Assembly: GCA_963765205.1 (NCBI GenBank)
Contig: CAVXVB010000005.1
Location: 1-64,000 of the forward strand
Reading direction: 5' to 3'
Length of the DNA: 64,000 nucleotides
DNA from: an uncultured Verrucomicrobiae bacterium
GTDB lineage: Bacteria; Verrucomicrobiota; Verrucomicrobiia; Opitutales; JABDGR01
Shown: positions 23,498 through 37,451 of the stretch, in pieces
Layout of the letters: every line of letters begins with the position of its first letter
Position numbering within the stretch: position 1 is the first letter of the stretch
The notes under the pieces: generated by a model
The model's input: only the letters and a program-made list of their open reading frames with translations
Database searches by the model: none
What the model was told of the DNA's origin: nothing
Translations under genes and position numbers: made by a program

Positions 23498-25144
23498 ATG
23501 AAAATCAGCCCTTTAGCAGGAAAACCGGCCACGCCGGAAATGTTGGTGGACGTGGCGAAGCTCGTCACGGCCTACTACACCGATGCCCCGGACCCCACGG
23601 TGCCCGCGCAGCGGGTGGCGTTCGGCACCTCTGGTCATCGCGGCACGGCCTTCAAGCGGTCTTTTAATGAAGATCATATCCTCGCGATTACCCAGGCGAT
23701 CTGCCTTTATCGAAAACAGCAGGGCACGAAAGGCCCGTTGTATCTGGGGATAGATACCCACGCACTGTCGTTCCCGGCCTACGCCACCGCACTGGAGGTT
23801 TTGGCGGCCAATGGGGTCGAGGTGATGCTCGCGGTGGGAGACGAATATACCCCGACCCCGGTAATTTCTCATGCAATCTTGACCTACAACCTTGGGCGAA
23901 AAGACGGGCTGGCCGATGGCATTGTCGTCACGCCTTCGCATAATCCGCCGGAGGATGGCGGCTTTAAATACAATCCGCCCAATGGCGGCCCGGCGGATAC
24001 TGCGACCACCGGCTGGATCGAAAAGAAGGCCAATGAGATTCTCGAATCGCGATTGGCCGGTTTGCAGCGGATTGCATTTGTGAAAGCCCTCAATGCCTCT
24101 ACGACGCATAGGCATGATTACCTCAGCATCTACATTCCCGATCTCGGCAGCGTAATTGACATGGATGTCATCCGCGACGCGAAACTCAAGCTGGGGGTTG
24201 ATCCACTCGGGGGTGCGGGCGTGCATTATTGGGGCCGGATTGCCGGGCAGTATCATTTGAATCTTAATGTGGTGAATGAAGTGGTTGATCCTACCTTTCG
24301 ATTCATGACGGTGGACTGGGATGGGCGGATCCGCATGGATCCTTCCTCGACGTATGCGATGCAACGGTTGATCGGGATGAAGGACCGCTTTGACCTTTCG
24401 TTCGCCTGCGATACCGATCATGACCGACACGGAATTGTCACCAAAAGCGAAGGCTTGCTGCCGCCCAATCATGATCTTTGTGTGGCGGTTTCTTATCTTT
24501 TTCAGAACCGGCCAAAGTGGCCCAAGACGGCGGCGGTCGGCAAGACGGTCGTGAGCAGCCAGATGATTGACCGGATAACCGACAAACTGAACCGAAATCT
24601 CTTTGAAGTTCCGGTTGGATTCAAGTGGTTCTCGGAAGGATTGCTCGACGGCTCCCTCGGTTTTGGCGGAGAGGAGAGCGCTGGCTCCACGTTCTCTCGT
24701 TTGGATGGCAAGGTTTGGACAACCGACAAGGACGGATTCATTCCCTGTCTGCTGGCGGCGGAGATTATGGCCCGGACGGGCAGAGATCCGAGCAAACTTT
24801 ACCATCAACTCACGCAAGAGTTTGGGAATCCGATTTATGACCGAGTGGAAGCTCCCGCCACTCCTGGGCAAAAGAAATTGCTGGCGAAACTCTCGCCCCA
24901 GCAGGTAAAAATTACCGAACTGGCGGGCGAAAAAATTCAAACTATCCTCACTCATGCGCCGGGCAACGGCGCGCCCATTGGCGGGTTGAAGGCAGTCACG
25001 AAAAGTGGCTGGTTCGCCGCGCGTCCTTCTGGAACCGAAGATATCTACAAGATTTACGCGGAAAGTTTTCTGGGGGCGGATCATTTGCACCGCGTCCTGG
25101 CGGAAGCCCAAACCATCGTCAACACGACGCTGGCGGCGAAATAA
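23498..25144 (+). CDS. pgm: Phosphoglucomutase
   Basis: FGTSGHRG, TPSHNP, DTDHDR, GEESAG, RPSGTE. Confidence 0.96.
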   Translation: MKISPLAGKPATPEMLVDVAKLVTAYYTDAPDPTVPAQRVAFGTSGHRGTAFKRSFNEDHILAITQAICLYRKQQGTKGPLYLGIDTHALSFPAYATALEVLAANGVEVMLAVGDEYTPTPVISHAILTYNLGRKDGLADGIVVTPSHNPPEDGGFKYNPPNGGPADTATTGWIEKKANEILESRLAGLQRIAFVKALNASTTHRHDYLSIYIPDLGSVIDMDVIRDAKLKLGVDPLGGAGVHYWGRIAGQYHLNLNVVNEVVDPTFRFMTVDWDGRIRMDPSSTYAMQRLIGMKDRFDLSFACDTDHDRHGIVTKSEGLLPPNHDLCVAVSYLFQNRPKWPKTAAVGKTVVSSQMIDRITDKLNRNLFEVPVGFKWFSEGLLDGSLGFGGEESAGSTFSRLDGKVWTTDKDGFIPCLLAAEIMARTGRDPSKLYHQLTQEFGNPIYDRVEAPATPGQKKLLAKLSPQQVKITELAGEKIQTILTHAPGNGAPIGGLKAVTKSGWFAARPSGTEDIYKIYAESFLGADHLHRVLAEAQTIVNTTLAAK

Positions 25145-27707
25145 TGATGAGTGCCATCAAACATTTTGCGAATAAATCAAATACCATGAGCGCAACAAAA
25201 TCCAGCACTTCCCTTTCTAAAAAACCGACCCAAGGCCTTGAAGCTCTCACCGAGCTGGCCATGGACCTGCGCTGGTCATGGAATCACAGTTCGGACGAGT
25301 TATGGCGGCGGCTCGATCCCGCGCTGTGGGCGCTCACCTGCCATCCCAATGTGGTGCTCCAAACCGTCGCGCGTGAAAAAATTGCCAGCGCGCTCGTGGA
25401 CCCGGACTTTTGCCAATTACTCGACCGTCTGATTCAGGAAAAGCGGGAGGCAGTCAAAGCACCCGCATGGTTTCAGCATAAATATCCCCAAGCGCCCCTC
25501 ACTTGTATCGCCTATTTTTGCATGGAGTTCATGTTGAGCGAAGCCCTGCCGATTTATTCGGGCGGCCTTGGCAACGTGGCTGGCGATCAGCTCAAAGCCG
25601 CCAGCGACTTGGGCGTTCCGGTGGTCGGCGTGGGGCTACTCTACCAGCAGGGTTATTTTCGCCAGATGATTGACCGCAATGGAGCGCAGCAAGCATTCTA
25701 TCCCTATAACGACCCCGGCCAACTGCCGGTTACGCCCTTGCGCCTGGCCAACGGGGAGTGGCTGCGCCTGGAAATCGCCTTGCCTGGTTACTCGGTCTGG
25801 CTGCGCGCCTGGGAGGTCCAGGTCGGCAGAGTGAAACTTTACCTATTGGACAGCAATGACGCGGCCAACTTTCCCATCCATCGGGGAATCACCAGCGAGT
25901 TATATGGCGGGGACTCGGAATTGCGTTTAAAGCAAGAGATGCTTTTGGGGATCGGCGGTTGGCGATTGCTAAACGCACTTGGAATAAAACCGGACGTCTG
26001 CCACCTTAACGAAGGTCACGCGGCGTTTGCCTTGTTGGAACGCGCCCGGAGCTTCATGGCCGAGACTGGGCAATCATTCGCCGCCGCCTTGGCTGCCACG
26101 CGTGCGGGCAATCTTTTTACCACCCATACCGCTGTCGCTGCGGGATTCGACCTTTTTTCTCCAGGATTGATGGAGCAGTATCTCGGCAGGTATGCGAAGG
26201 AAAAACTAGGTCTTTCGCTGCGTGATTTGCTGGCACTGGGACGCCAAAATCCCGATGATGGAAACGAGCCTTTCAACATGGCCTACCTGGCGATGCGCGG
26301 AAGCGGGACGGTCAATGGGGTCAGCCGATTGCATGGCCGGGTGAGCCGGCATATCTTTAGATCGCTTTTCCCGAGATGGCCCGAGAGCGAAGTGCCGGTC
26401 GGCCATGTGACCAATGGCGTGCATATGCCAACTTGGGATTCAGCCGCGGCGGATAATCTTTGGACGGAAGCCTGCGGCAAAGAGCGTTGGCGGAAGGCGA
26501 CAACAACGCTGGATGCGGACATCCTCAAGGTCCCCGAGAATAAATTGTGGGCGCTGCGCACCACGAGTCGAAAAGCACTCGTGGAATTTGCGCGCGAATA
26601 CGTCGGACGGCAAATGGCCGTCCTCGGGGTGGGGGCAGAGGAAATTGCCCGTACACAAGCCCGGCTGGACCCGGGAGTGTTGACCCTTGGTTTCGCGCGC
26701 CGTTTTGCGACCTACAAAAGGCCCAATCTCCTCTTGCACGATCCTGAGCGGCTGCTCCGCATTCTTAAAAATCCCCAGCGCCCGGCCCAACTCATCATCG
26801 CGGGCAAAGCGCATCCGGCGGACCAAGCCGGCCAGGCGCTGATACAGGAATGGACGCGTTTCATCCGTCGCAGCGATGTCAATCCACCGGTGGTTTTTTT
26901 GGCGGATTACGACATGCTTTTGGCTGAACACATGGTGCAGGGAATTGATGTCTGGATCAACACACCCCGCCGACCATGGGAAGCCAGTGGCACAAGCGGC
27001 ATGAAGGTGCTCGTCAACGGCGGCATCAATTTGTCCGAATTGGACGGCTGGTGGGCGGAAGCTTATATGCCGAAAGTCGGTTGGGCCTTGGGCGACGGAC
27101 AGGAGCACGGTGATAATCCCGACTGGGACGCCGCCGAGGCCCAGGCGCTGTATGAGCGGCTTGAGCAAGAAATCATACCAGAATTTTATGCACGCAATGA
27201 GAAAGGCATCCCTGGCGCCTGGGTGGCGCGCATGCGCGAAAGCATGGCGCGGTTGACGCCACAGTTTGCCGCCAGCCGCACGGTGCGCGAATATACCGAG
27301 CAACATTATCTCCCCGCAGCCACCGCCTATCGCGCGCGCGCGGCGAACAAAGGCGCCACGGGCAAGAACATGATTGATTGGCGTAGTGAGGTGGAACGGA
27401 AATGGGCGGCGCTGAGCTTTGGCGAAGTGAAGATTGAAACGCGAGGCGAGCAACACGTTTTTGAAGTCCTGGTATATCTTCATGACCTGGACCCTGGGAC
27501 CGTGCGGGTTGAGCTTTATGCCGATGGCATCAAGGAAGGCGTTCCCCTGCGGCAGGAAATGAAACGTCTTCGTCCGCTGGCCAATGTATCAGGCGGCTAT
27601 GTGTACGGCGCGATGGTGTCAGCGGGCCGCCCGGCGTCGGACCACACTGCGCGGGTAATCCCGCACTGCGACGGCGTCGCGATTCCACTGGAGGACAACC
27701 GTATTCT

Positions 27708-27720
<13 letters not shown>
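25144..27720 (+). CDS. glgP: Alpha-glucan (glycogen) phosphorylase
   Basis: YSGGLG, HLNEGH, ARRFATYKR, EASGTSGMK. Confidence 0.95.
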
Positions 27721-29861
<2,141 letters not shown>

Positions 29862-29886
29862 ACAAATGCTTAAGGGGCATAGCCTA

Positions 29887-30519
29887 ATGAAAAAGACCCC
29901 TCCCATCACAACGCTGTTTCTGGATATCGGCGGAGTTCTACTCACCAATGGGTGGGATCACCATGCCCGCAAGCGGGCGGCGAAGAACTTTAATCTGAAC
30001 TGGAACGAGATGCAGGAACGGCATGAGATCAACTTTGCCACCTATGAAGAAGGCAAGCTCACGTTGGAAGATTATTTAGAGCGGGTGATTTTCTACCAAA
30101 GGAGACCGTTTACCAGAACGCAGTTTCGGCGCTTCATGTTCGCGCAGTCCAAGCCGCATCCCCGGATGATCGAATTGGTCCGCAAACTCAAGGCCCGGCA
30201 TGGATTGAAGATCATCGTGGTCAGCAATGAAGCGCGGGAATTAAATTCTTATCGAATCCGAAAGTTTAAGCTGGATGGGTTTGTGGACGCTTTTATTTCA
30301 TCCTGTTTCGTCCACCTTCGCAAACCTGACGAGGACATCTTTCGACTTGCGCTGGACATCGCCCAAACACCGGCCCAACAAATCGTCTATATTGAAGACA
30401 CCCCGCTGTTCGCCCAGATGGCGGAAGGCTTGGGGATTCGCAGCATTCTGCATACGGATTACCAATCCACCCGCGCGAAACTGGCTTTGATCCGATCTCG
30501 TCTAACACCGGACGTGTGA
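29887..30519 (+). CDS. HAD family phosphatase
   Basis: FLDIGGVL, SN, RKPDEDIF. Confidence 0.88.
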   Translation: MKKTPPITTLFLDIGGVLLTNGWDHHARKRAAKNFNLNWNEMQERHEINFATYEEGKLTLEDYLERVIFYQRRPFTRTQFRRFMFAQSKPHPRMIELVRKLKARHGLKIIVVSNEARELNSYRIRKFKLDGFVDAFISSCFVHLRKPDEDIFRLALDIAQTPAQQIVYIEDTPLFAQMAEGLGIRSILHTDYQSTRAKLALIRSRLTPDV

Positions 30520-30813
30520 GGGCGATATGCGCCATTCGCGCAGCCAAAGAAGCAATGATCGCGCGTTAAGTGCGTCGCATGTTTGGACTCGCCCAAGGTC
30601 AGTTGAAAAAGCGGCAGCGGTTCAAACACATACTTACTTCCGAAATCTGTTTTCGGCGGCAGGCGTCGCCCCATAATTCATGGTCGGGTTTTACCCCATA
30701 TATTACTGGCGGGCGGTGGGTGTACACTCGGTTCCCCAGAAGAGTGACGGGTGTGGGCGCCAAATTGAGTAAAAAATCAGCTCCCGTCGGGAGCCAAACC
30801 GGAAATTATCAAA

Positions 30814-31800
30814 ATGAACCAAAACCGATCGTTTTCAATATTGATATTTTTTATAATTTTGAGTGTCGGTGCCGCGCTCGCCTACGCCAGATACAGCGTT
30901 GGGGCCAACGGGGAAGCCATCGGGATTGGAGTTGTCGCCTTTGTCATCGCGCTGGTTGTCGCTTCCGCCATTCAGGTTGCGAATCAGTGGGATCGAGCGG
31001 TGATCTTGCGGCTTGGTCATTTCGACTCCCTGCGGGGGCCGGGACTGTTTTTCATTTATCCCGTCATAGATGCGATTCCATACTGGATTGACACCCGTGT
31101 CATTACGACGGGTTTTAAGGCGGAAAAGACGCTGACCAAGGACACGGTGCCCGTGGATGTGGATGCCGTGCTGTTTTGGAAAGTGGTGGATCCAAAGAGG
31201 GCGGCTCTGGATGTGGCCGACTATCAAAGCGCCATCAGTTGGGCCTCCCAAACTGCTCTGCGTGACGTGATCGGGAAAACTATGCTTTCAGACATGCTGG
31301 AAGGCCGGGATAAAATCAGCAGCCTGTTGCAAAAGATCATTGATCAGCGCACGGAACCTTGGGGCATCAATGTGATTTCCGTGGAGGTGAAGGATGTCCT
31401 GATTCCACCGGGTCTTGAGGATGCGATGTCCATGCAGGCCCAGGCGGAACGGGAGCGGCAGGCCCGGGTGATTCTGGGTGACGCCGAACGTCAGATTGCG
31501 GAAAAGTTTGCTGAGGCCGGAAAAAGCTACGAACACAATCCAATCGCCTTTCATTTGCGGGCCATGAACATGCTTTATGAGGGTTTGAAGGAGAATGCCA
31601 CGATTGTGATTGTTCCCAGCACCGCTGTGGAATCCATGCAATTGGGCGGGCTGGCCGGTTTAACCGCCTTGACCATGGGAATTGGCCAGGATGGGGCCAA
31701 CGGACATAAAGAAGCCGAGCTTAAGCGTCAGCAATCACTTCAAGGCCAACCACTCGGCGTCACCTCGGAACCTGCGGCTCAAAGAGGGCCAGTTTCATAG
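30814..31800 (+). CDS. SPFH/stomatin (slipin) family protein
   Basis: RAVILRLG, TKDTVPVDVDAV, QTALRDVIG, QAQAERERQA. Confidence 0.92.
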   Translation: MNQNRSFSILIFFIILSVGAALAYARYSVGANGEAIGIGVVAFVIALVVASAIQVANQWDRAVILRLGHFDSLRGPGLFFIYPVIDAIPYWIDTRVITTGFKAEKTLTKDTVPVDVDAVLFWKVVDPKRAALDVADYQSAISWASQTALRDVIGKTMLSDMLEGRDKISSLLQKIIDQRTEPWGINVISVEVKDVLIPPGLEDAMSMQAQAERERQARVILGDAERQIAEKFAEAGKSYEHNPIAFHLRAMNMLYEGLKENATIVIVPSTAVESMQLGGLAGLTALTMGIGQDGANGHKEAELKRQQSLQGQPLGVTSEPAAQRGPVS

Positions 31801-31951
31801 TGTTGGCACGGTGACATGGGAGTAACGACGCCAATCGCGGTGCAACCGATTCCTTAAACATACTCTAAGCCAAACACCGTCCGTGAAAAAACATCGTCAA
31901 TGCCCTGAGACCGCGGAAGTGCGCTGTGACTTAATTCCGAAAATTAAACCA

Positions 31952-33164
31952 GGGCGCCTCTATTAACCCCCAAGCCGCTTGACATTGATAAGACAAGGTG
32001 ACAGAACGTGACATGCACTACCGAAAATCCGAGTCGCAAGGAGGTTTGTTCGATTATCACCAGCATTGCGCCGGGTTGGCGGCGCGGGGCACGAGTCTGG
32101 ACCGGCTGAAGGCGGCGGTGGACTGGGAAGCCTTCCGCGCCCCACTCGAGCGCCACCTGGCCTATGAGGACGGGGCCAAAGGCGGGCGTCCGGCGTGGGA
32201 TCCGGTGCTGATGTTCCAGGTGCTGGTGCTGCAAAAGTTCCACGGGCTGAGCGACGCGCAGACCGAGTTTCAAATCCTCGATCGGTTCAGCTTCCAGCGG
32301 TTCATGGGCCTGCGGGCGGGCGACGCCGCGCCGGACGAGAAGACGATCTGGGTGTTCAAGGAGCGCCTCGGCCCGGACGGGGTGCGGGCGTTGTTCGAGT
32401 TGTTCAACGCGCAACTGGCCGCGCGGGGGCTGATCGGCCAGCAGGGCAAGATCGTGGACGCCACGTTTGTCGAGGCCCCGCGCCCGCGCGCCGCGCGCCA
32501 GCCGGAGCATCCCCCCGCCGCGCGGCAGCAGGACGCCGACGCCCGCTGGACCGAGCAAGGCGGCCAGGCGCACTACGGTTACAAAAACCACGCCAAGGCC
32601 GACGCGCGCAGCAAGCTCGTGGCGGACTACACGGTGACCCCCGCCAACACCCACGACAGCCAAAAACTCGACGAGCTGGCCGCGCCCGGCGACCGCGTCA
32701 TTTACGCCGACAGCGCCTACAGCGGCGGGCCCATCGCGAAACAACTCGCGACCAAAAAGCTCGCCGGGCGCATCCTGGAAAAAGCGCGGCGCGGCCATCC
32801 GCTGACCCGCGCGCAGGAAAAACGCAACCGCCGCCAAAGCGCCGTCCGCAGCCGGGTCGAGCACGTCTTCGCCCGGCTGGCCCACTGGCGGGCAGACTGG
32901 TTCCGCCGCAAAGGTTTGGCCCGCGCCCGTTTTGAAATCGGCCTGGCCAACCTGGTTTACAACCTTGACCGCTACGCCTGGCTGCAAAGTGCCGGTTAGA
33001 GCCGGACGAATCGCGCCCCGCTGCCGGTTCAGAGCAAGAAACCCACTCATCATCCCGCCAAACCACCGCGGGCAACTCATGCCGGGCGCTTCCCTCCCGG
33101 ATGCCGCTAGAAAATCACGCAAAATTACCCTTGTGTGGCCCAAGCCAAGTTGTTAGAAGTGCCC
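31952..33164 (+). mobile_element. IS5-family IS (transposase ~32013-32999)
   Basis: Imperfect TIR GGGCGCCTCTATTAAC / GTTGTTAGAAGTGCCC, ACCA duplication; GGRP, IVDATFV, YGYK, ADSAY, RSRVEHVF. Confidence 0.92.
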
Positions 33165-33167
33165 ACC

Positions 33168-35666
33168 ATGAAAACCGACATTCTTCCCGCGGAACTACTC
33201 CAGAAGATTAACGCTTACTGGCGCGCCGCCAACTACCTATCCGTCGGTCAGATTTATCTCTATGATAATCCGCTGCTGAAACAGCCGCTGAAACTGTCGC
33301 ACGTCAAGCCGCTGGTGGTTGGGCACTGGGGCACAACGCCGGGCCAGAACTTTATCTATGTGCATTTGAACCGGGTCATCAAGAAGTATGACTTGGACAT
33401 GTTCTATATCGCCGGTCCCGGCCACGGCGGTCCGGCGCTGGTAGGTAATGTCTATCTCGAAGGCACCTGGAGCGAAATTTATCCGAATGTCACCCAGGAT
33501 GAAGCCGGGCTGAAAAAGCTGTTCAAGCAATTTTCGTTTCCCGGCGGAATTTCCAGCCACGTTGCGCCAACAACGCCGGGGTCAATTCACGAGGGTGGCG
33601 AATTAGGCTATTCGCTCAGCCACGCCTTCGGGGCGGCTTTCGACAATCCTGATTTGATTGTCGCCTGCGTCATCGGCGACGGCGAGGCGGAAACCGGTCC
33701 CTTGGCGACTGCCTGGCAATCCAACAAACTGCTCGATCCAATATCTGACGGCGCGGTGCTCCCGATTCTGCATCTAAATGGCTACAAAATCAGCAACCCG
33801 ACCGTCCTGGCCCGCATCGAACATGAAGAGTTGGAGCAATTTCTGCGCGGCTGCGGCTGGACGCCCTACTTTGTGGAGGGTGATGAACCGGAGAAAATGC
33901 ATCAACTCATGGCTGCAACTTTGGAAACGGCTATTGAGGGCATCCGGCAAATCCAAAGCAATGCACGGAACAATCACGACCCTTCTCGACCACGTTGGCC
34001 CATGATTGTCCTCCGGTCACCCAAAGGCTGGACGGGGCCGAAAATTGTTGATGGCCTGCAAATCGAGGGAACTTTTCGAGCGCATCAGGTGCCACTTTTG
34101 GTGGATGCTGAACACCCCGAGCATGTTCAACAGCTTGAAAGCTGGATGAAAAGCTACAAAGCCGAGGAGCTGTTCGATAAAAATGGCCGTCTTATACCAG
34201 AATTGGCCGAATTGGCACCCAAAGGCAACCGACGGATGGGCGCGAATCCTCACGCCAATGGCGGCATTCTGCTGCGCGACCTGCGGATGCCGGACTTTCA
34301 TGTCCACGCGGTAAATGTCCCTTCGCCGGGTGCGGTTGACGGCCAGGATACGCTCGTGCTGGGCAATTTCCTGCGCGATGTGACCAAGCTGAATCAGGAC
34401 CAGCATAATTTCCGCATCTTCGGCCCCGATGAGACGCTCTCCAATCTCTTGGGCGCAGTATTTGAAGTCACGAGCCGCCAGTGGGATGCCCGTGAAGTAA
34501 AAAATGATGAATTCCTCGCGCCGGCGGGACGCGTGCTGGATTCAATGCTTAGCGAGCACCAATGCGAAGGCTGGCTGGAAGGCTATCTGCTCACCGGCAG
34601 GCATGGGCTGTTCAACAGTTACGAGGCCTTCATTCGTATTGTGGACTCAATGTTTAGCCAGCACGCCAAATGGTTAAAGGTAACGCTGGAACTGCCTTGG
34701 CGGCGGAAAATTGCGTCGTTGAACTACCTGCTGGCCTCCCATGTCTGGCAACAGGACCACAATGGTTTCACACATCAGGATCCCGGTTTCCTTGACCATG
34801 TCATCAACAAGAAGGCTGATATCGTGCGCGTTTATCTTCCGCCCGATGCCAATTGCCTACTGTCCGTCTTTGATCACTGCCTGCGCAGCCGCCATTACGT
34901 CAATGTGGTGGTGGCGGGCAAACACGCCCTCCCGCAATGGTTGACCATGGATGCCGCTGTGGTGCATTGCACGGAAGGAATTGGCATTTGGCAATGGGCC
35001 AGCAACGATCAAGGCGCAGAACCGGACGTGGTCATGGCTTGCTGCGGCGACACACCCACGCTCGAGATTCTGGCTGCGGTTTCGATTCTGCGCCAGTATT
35101 TGCCCGATCTGAAAATCCGGGTGATCAATGTGGTTGATCTGATGAAACTTCAGCCTGCGAGCGAGCACCCTCACGGCCTGAGCGAAACAGACTACGATTC
35201 GCTGTTTACGAAAGACAAGCACATCATCTTTGGCTTTCATGGCTACCCTTGGCTGGTTCACCGGCTGACCTACCATCGCACCAACCGCAACCTCCATGTG
35301 CGCGGATACAAGGAAGAAGGCACCATCACGACGGCCTTTGACATGAGGGTGCAGAATGATTTGGACCGCTTCCATCTCGTGCAAGACGTGGTTGATCGCC
35401 TGCCGCAGTTGGGGGCCAAGGGGGCTTACCTGAAGCAAATGGTTCAAGACAAGCTCATCGAGCACAAACAATACATTAACCAACATGGCCAGGATTTGCC
35501 GGAAATCCGCAACTGGAAGTGGGGCAGAAGCGAAACCCATAAAGTCCAACCGTTACCGGAAAGGAAGCGGGTGAACGGAACGGCCATTGGAAATGCTGAA
35601 GCAAAGCCCGATAAAATTGCCCGGAAAAAAAACGAAGGAATCCCCCATGCCTATTCAACTCCATGA
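33168..35666 (+). CDS. xfp: Phosphoketolase (XFP)
   Basis: [44 protein letters not shown]. Confidence 0.96.
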   Translation: MKTDILPAELLQKINAYWRAANYLSVGQIYLYDNPLLKQPLKLSHVKPLVVGHWGTTPGQNFIYVHLNRVIKKYDLDMFYIAGPGHGGPALVGNVYLEGTWSEIYPNVTQDEAGLKKLFKQFSFPGGISSHVAPTTPGSIHEGGELGYSLSHAFGAAFDNPDLIVACVIGDGEAETGPLATAWQSNKLLDPISDGAVLPILHLNGYKISNPTVLARIEHEELEQFLRGCGWTPYFVEGDEPEKMHQLMAATLETAIEGIRQIQSNARNNHDPSRPRWPMIVLRSPKGWTGPKIVDGLQIEGTFRAHQVPLLVDAEHPEHVQQLESWMKSYKAEELFDKNGRLIPELAELAPKGNRRMGANPHANGGILLRDLRMPDFHVHAVNVPSPGAVDGQDTLVLGNFLRDVTKLNQDQHNFRIFGPDETLSNLLGAVFEVTSRQWDAREVKNDEFLAPAGRVLDSMLSEHQCEGWLEGYLLTGRHGLFNSYEAFIRIVDSMFSQHAKWLKVTLELPWRRKIASLNYLLASHVWQQDHNGFTHQDPGFLDHVINKKADIVRVYLPPDANCLLSVFDHCLRSRHYVNVVVAGKHALPQWLTMDAAVVHCTEGIGIWQWASNDQGAEPDVVMACCGDTPTLEILAAVSILRQYLPDLKIRVINVVDLMKLQPASEHPHGLSETDYDSLFTKDKHIIFGFHGYPWLVHRLTYHRTNRNLHVRGYKEEGTITTAFDMRVQNDLDRFHLVQDVVDRLPQLGAKGAYLKQMVQDKLIEHKQYINQHGQDLPEIRNWKWGRSETHKVQPLPERKRVNGTAIGNAEAKPDKIARKKNEGIPHAYSTP

Positions 35667-36069
35667 AGAAAATGACGGGAAGATACTCGTCGTTCACGTC
35701 ACCGGAAGGCTGGTAAAGAAGGATTACGGGCACTTTGTGTCGGAATTCGCGCGACTCCTCCGGCTGCATGGAAGATTGCGCGTGCTCTTCGACATGACCG
35801 GTTTCCAGGGCTGGAACGCGGCTGCGATGTGGGAGGACATCAAGTTCGATTTCAAACACTTTGCCGACATCGAACGACTCGCGATGGTTGGGGACAAGCA
35901 GTGGCAGCATTTCATGGCGATCTTCTTCAAGCCTTTCACCAACGCGGAGAGCCGCTACTTCGACCACGCCGACCTAGTGAAGGCGCGGAAGTGGCTGCAC
36001 GCAGGAAATCGCACCCGAAAAAAACTGGAGCCAAGCAAGCGCAACCCCGGCCCAAAATTATTCCTCTAA
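35647..36069 (+). CDS. STAS/SEC14 (SpoIIAA-like) protein
   Basis: VTGRL...[15 protein letters not shown]...WEDIKF...RLAMVGD. Confidence 0.8.
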   Translation: MPIQLHEENDGKILVVHVTGRLVKKDYGHFVSEFARLLRLHGRLRVLFDMTGFQGWNAAAMWEDIKFDFKHFADIERLAMVGDKQWQHFMAIFFKPFTNAESRYFDHADLVKARKWLHAGNRTRKKLEPSKRNPGPKLFL

Positions 36070-36073
36070 AGAC

Positions 36074-36319
36074 ATGGAAAGCAGGGAAAAGCCAATGAAT
36101 GACCATCAAAACAGTGACAGCGCGCACGGCGGCCCGAACCCCGACGGCATTCACCATGTCCAGCGCCCTTACTGGAAGCGCGCGCACCATGACTGGCGCT
36201 TCTGGGTCGCCGCTTTTTTTATTTTTGCGGCAATGATTTTCTACGTGGTGACAGTGGAGTTTTCGCTGGCACCTGGTCGCCACTCACCACAACTGATTGT
36301 AAGCCCGGCCGGAAAATAA
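36074..36319 (+). CDS. Small single-TM hypothetical protein
   Basis: HHDWRFWVAAFFIFAAMIFYV. Confidence 0.55.
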   Translation: MESREKPMNDHQNSDSAHGGPNPDGIHHVQRPYWKRAHHDWRFWVAAFFIFAAMIFYVVTVEFSLAPGRHSPQLIVSPAGK

Positions 36320-36360
36320 CCGGACCAACACCGGGTCTTCCATCCAGGAAATTCTCCCCA

Positions 36361-37428
36361 ATGAATGTGCAGGATTTAATCAACACGGCGAAGGCCCTCG
36401 TCGCAGACGACAAGGGCTTGCTGGCGATGGATGAAAGCAATCCCACCTGCAACAAACGATTTGCCCAGTTGGGGATTCCGCAGACGGTGGAGGCTCGGCG
36501 CGCCTATCGGGAGTTGATTGTGACGACACCCGGTCTCGGTGAGAGCATTGGCGGTGCGATCCTCTACGACGAAACAATCCGCCAGGAGAAAAAAGACGGG
36601 ACTCCCTTTATTAAAGTCCTTGCCGATGCGGGAATCATTCCCGGCATCAAGGTTGACGCCGGGGCCAAGGACATGGCGGGTCATCCCGGCGAAAAAGTAA
36701 CCGAAGGGCTGGATGGATTGCGCGACCGTCTGGCGGAATATTCCCAAATGGGCGCCCGTTTTGCCAAATGGCGCGCGGTAATTGCCGTGGGCGAGAGCAT
36801 TCCCAGCCGAGGTTGTATTGAGGCCAACGCGCACGCGCTGGCCCGTTACGCCGCATTATGCCAGGAAGCTGGGCTGGTTCCCGTTGTTGAGGCGGAAGTA
36901 CTCATGGGCGGCGAGCATATTTTAGAACGGTGCCGCGAACTGACGGAGGAAGCCCTGCGATCGGTTTTTATTCAGCTTAACCATCAACGCGTGATGCTGG
37001 AGGGCCTGATCCTCAAACCCAACATGGTGCTGCCGGGATTGACCTGCCCAAAGCAGGAAACGGTGGACGAGGTCGCCGAAACTACGGTGAAGAGTCTCTT
37101 ACGAGTTGTGCCTGCGGCCGTTCCGGCGATTGCATTCTTATCTGGCGGCCAATCCGGCGAACTGGCGTCCGCCCGTCTTAATGCCATGAATGTCCAATTC
37201 AAGTCGCGCCTGCCATGGGCGCTGGCGTTTTCGTTTGCCCGCGCCATTCAGCAACCGGCTTTGGAAATTTGGCACGGCCAGGAGAGCTATGTGCCAGCGG
37301 CGCAGCAAGCACTTTTACATCGTGCGAAGTGCAACCGCGCCGCGCGCCGAGGCGAATACAGTTCCACCATGGAAAAAAACATGCTGAGGGCAACGACGTT
37401 CCCGCAACCTGCGAAACCCGCAGCCTAG
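36361..37428 (+). CDS. Class I fructose-bisphosphate aldolase
   Basis: KGLLAMDES, GARFAKWR, LKPNMV, FLSGGQ. Confidence 0.93.
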   Translation: MNVQDLINTAKALVADDKGLLAMDESNPTCNKRFAQLGIPQTVEARRAYRELIVTTPGLGESIGGAILYDETIRQEKKDGTPFIKVLADAGIIPGIKVDAGAKDMAGHPGEKVTEGLDGLRDRLAEYSQMGARFAKWRAVIAVGESIPSRGCIEANAHALARYAALCQEAGLVPVVEAEVLMGGEHILERCRELTEEALRSVFIQLNHQRVMLEGLILKPNMVLPGLTCPKQETVDEVAETTVKSLLRVVPAAVPAIAFLSGGQSGELASARLNAMNVQFKSRLPWALAFSFARAIQQPALEIWHGQESYVPAAQQALLHRAKCNRAARRGEYSSTMEKNMLRATTFPQPAKPAA

Positions 37429-37451
37429 CGAAGATAGAAAGAACATCCCAT

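Noticed and set aside
23513..25111. Long antisense ORFs (this one, 46642-48267, 31944-33143, 54067-55071)
   Set aside because: Shadow frames of well-supported genes in GC-rich DNA.
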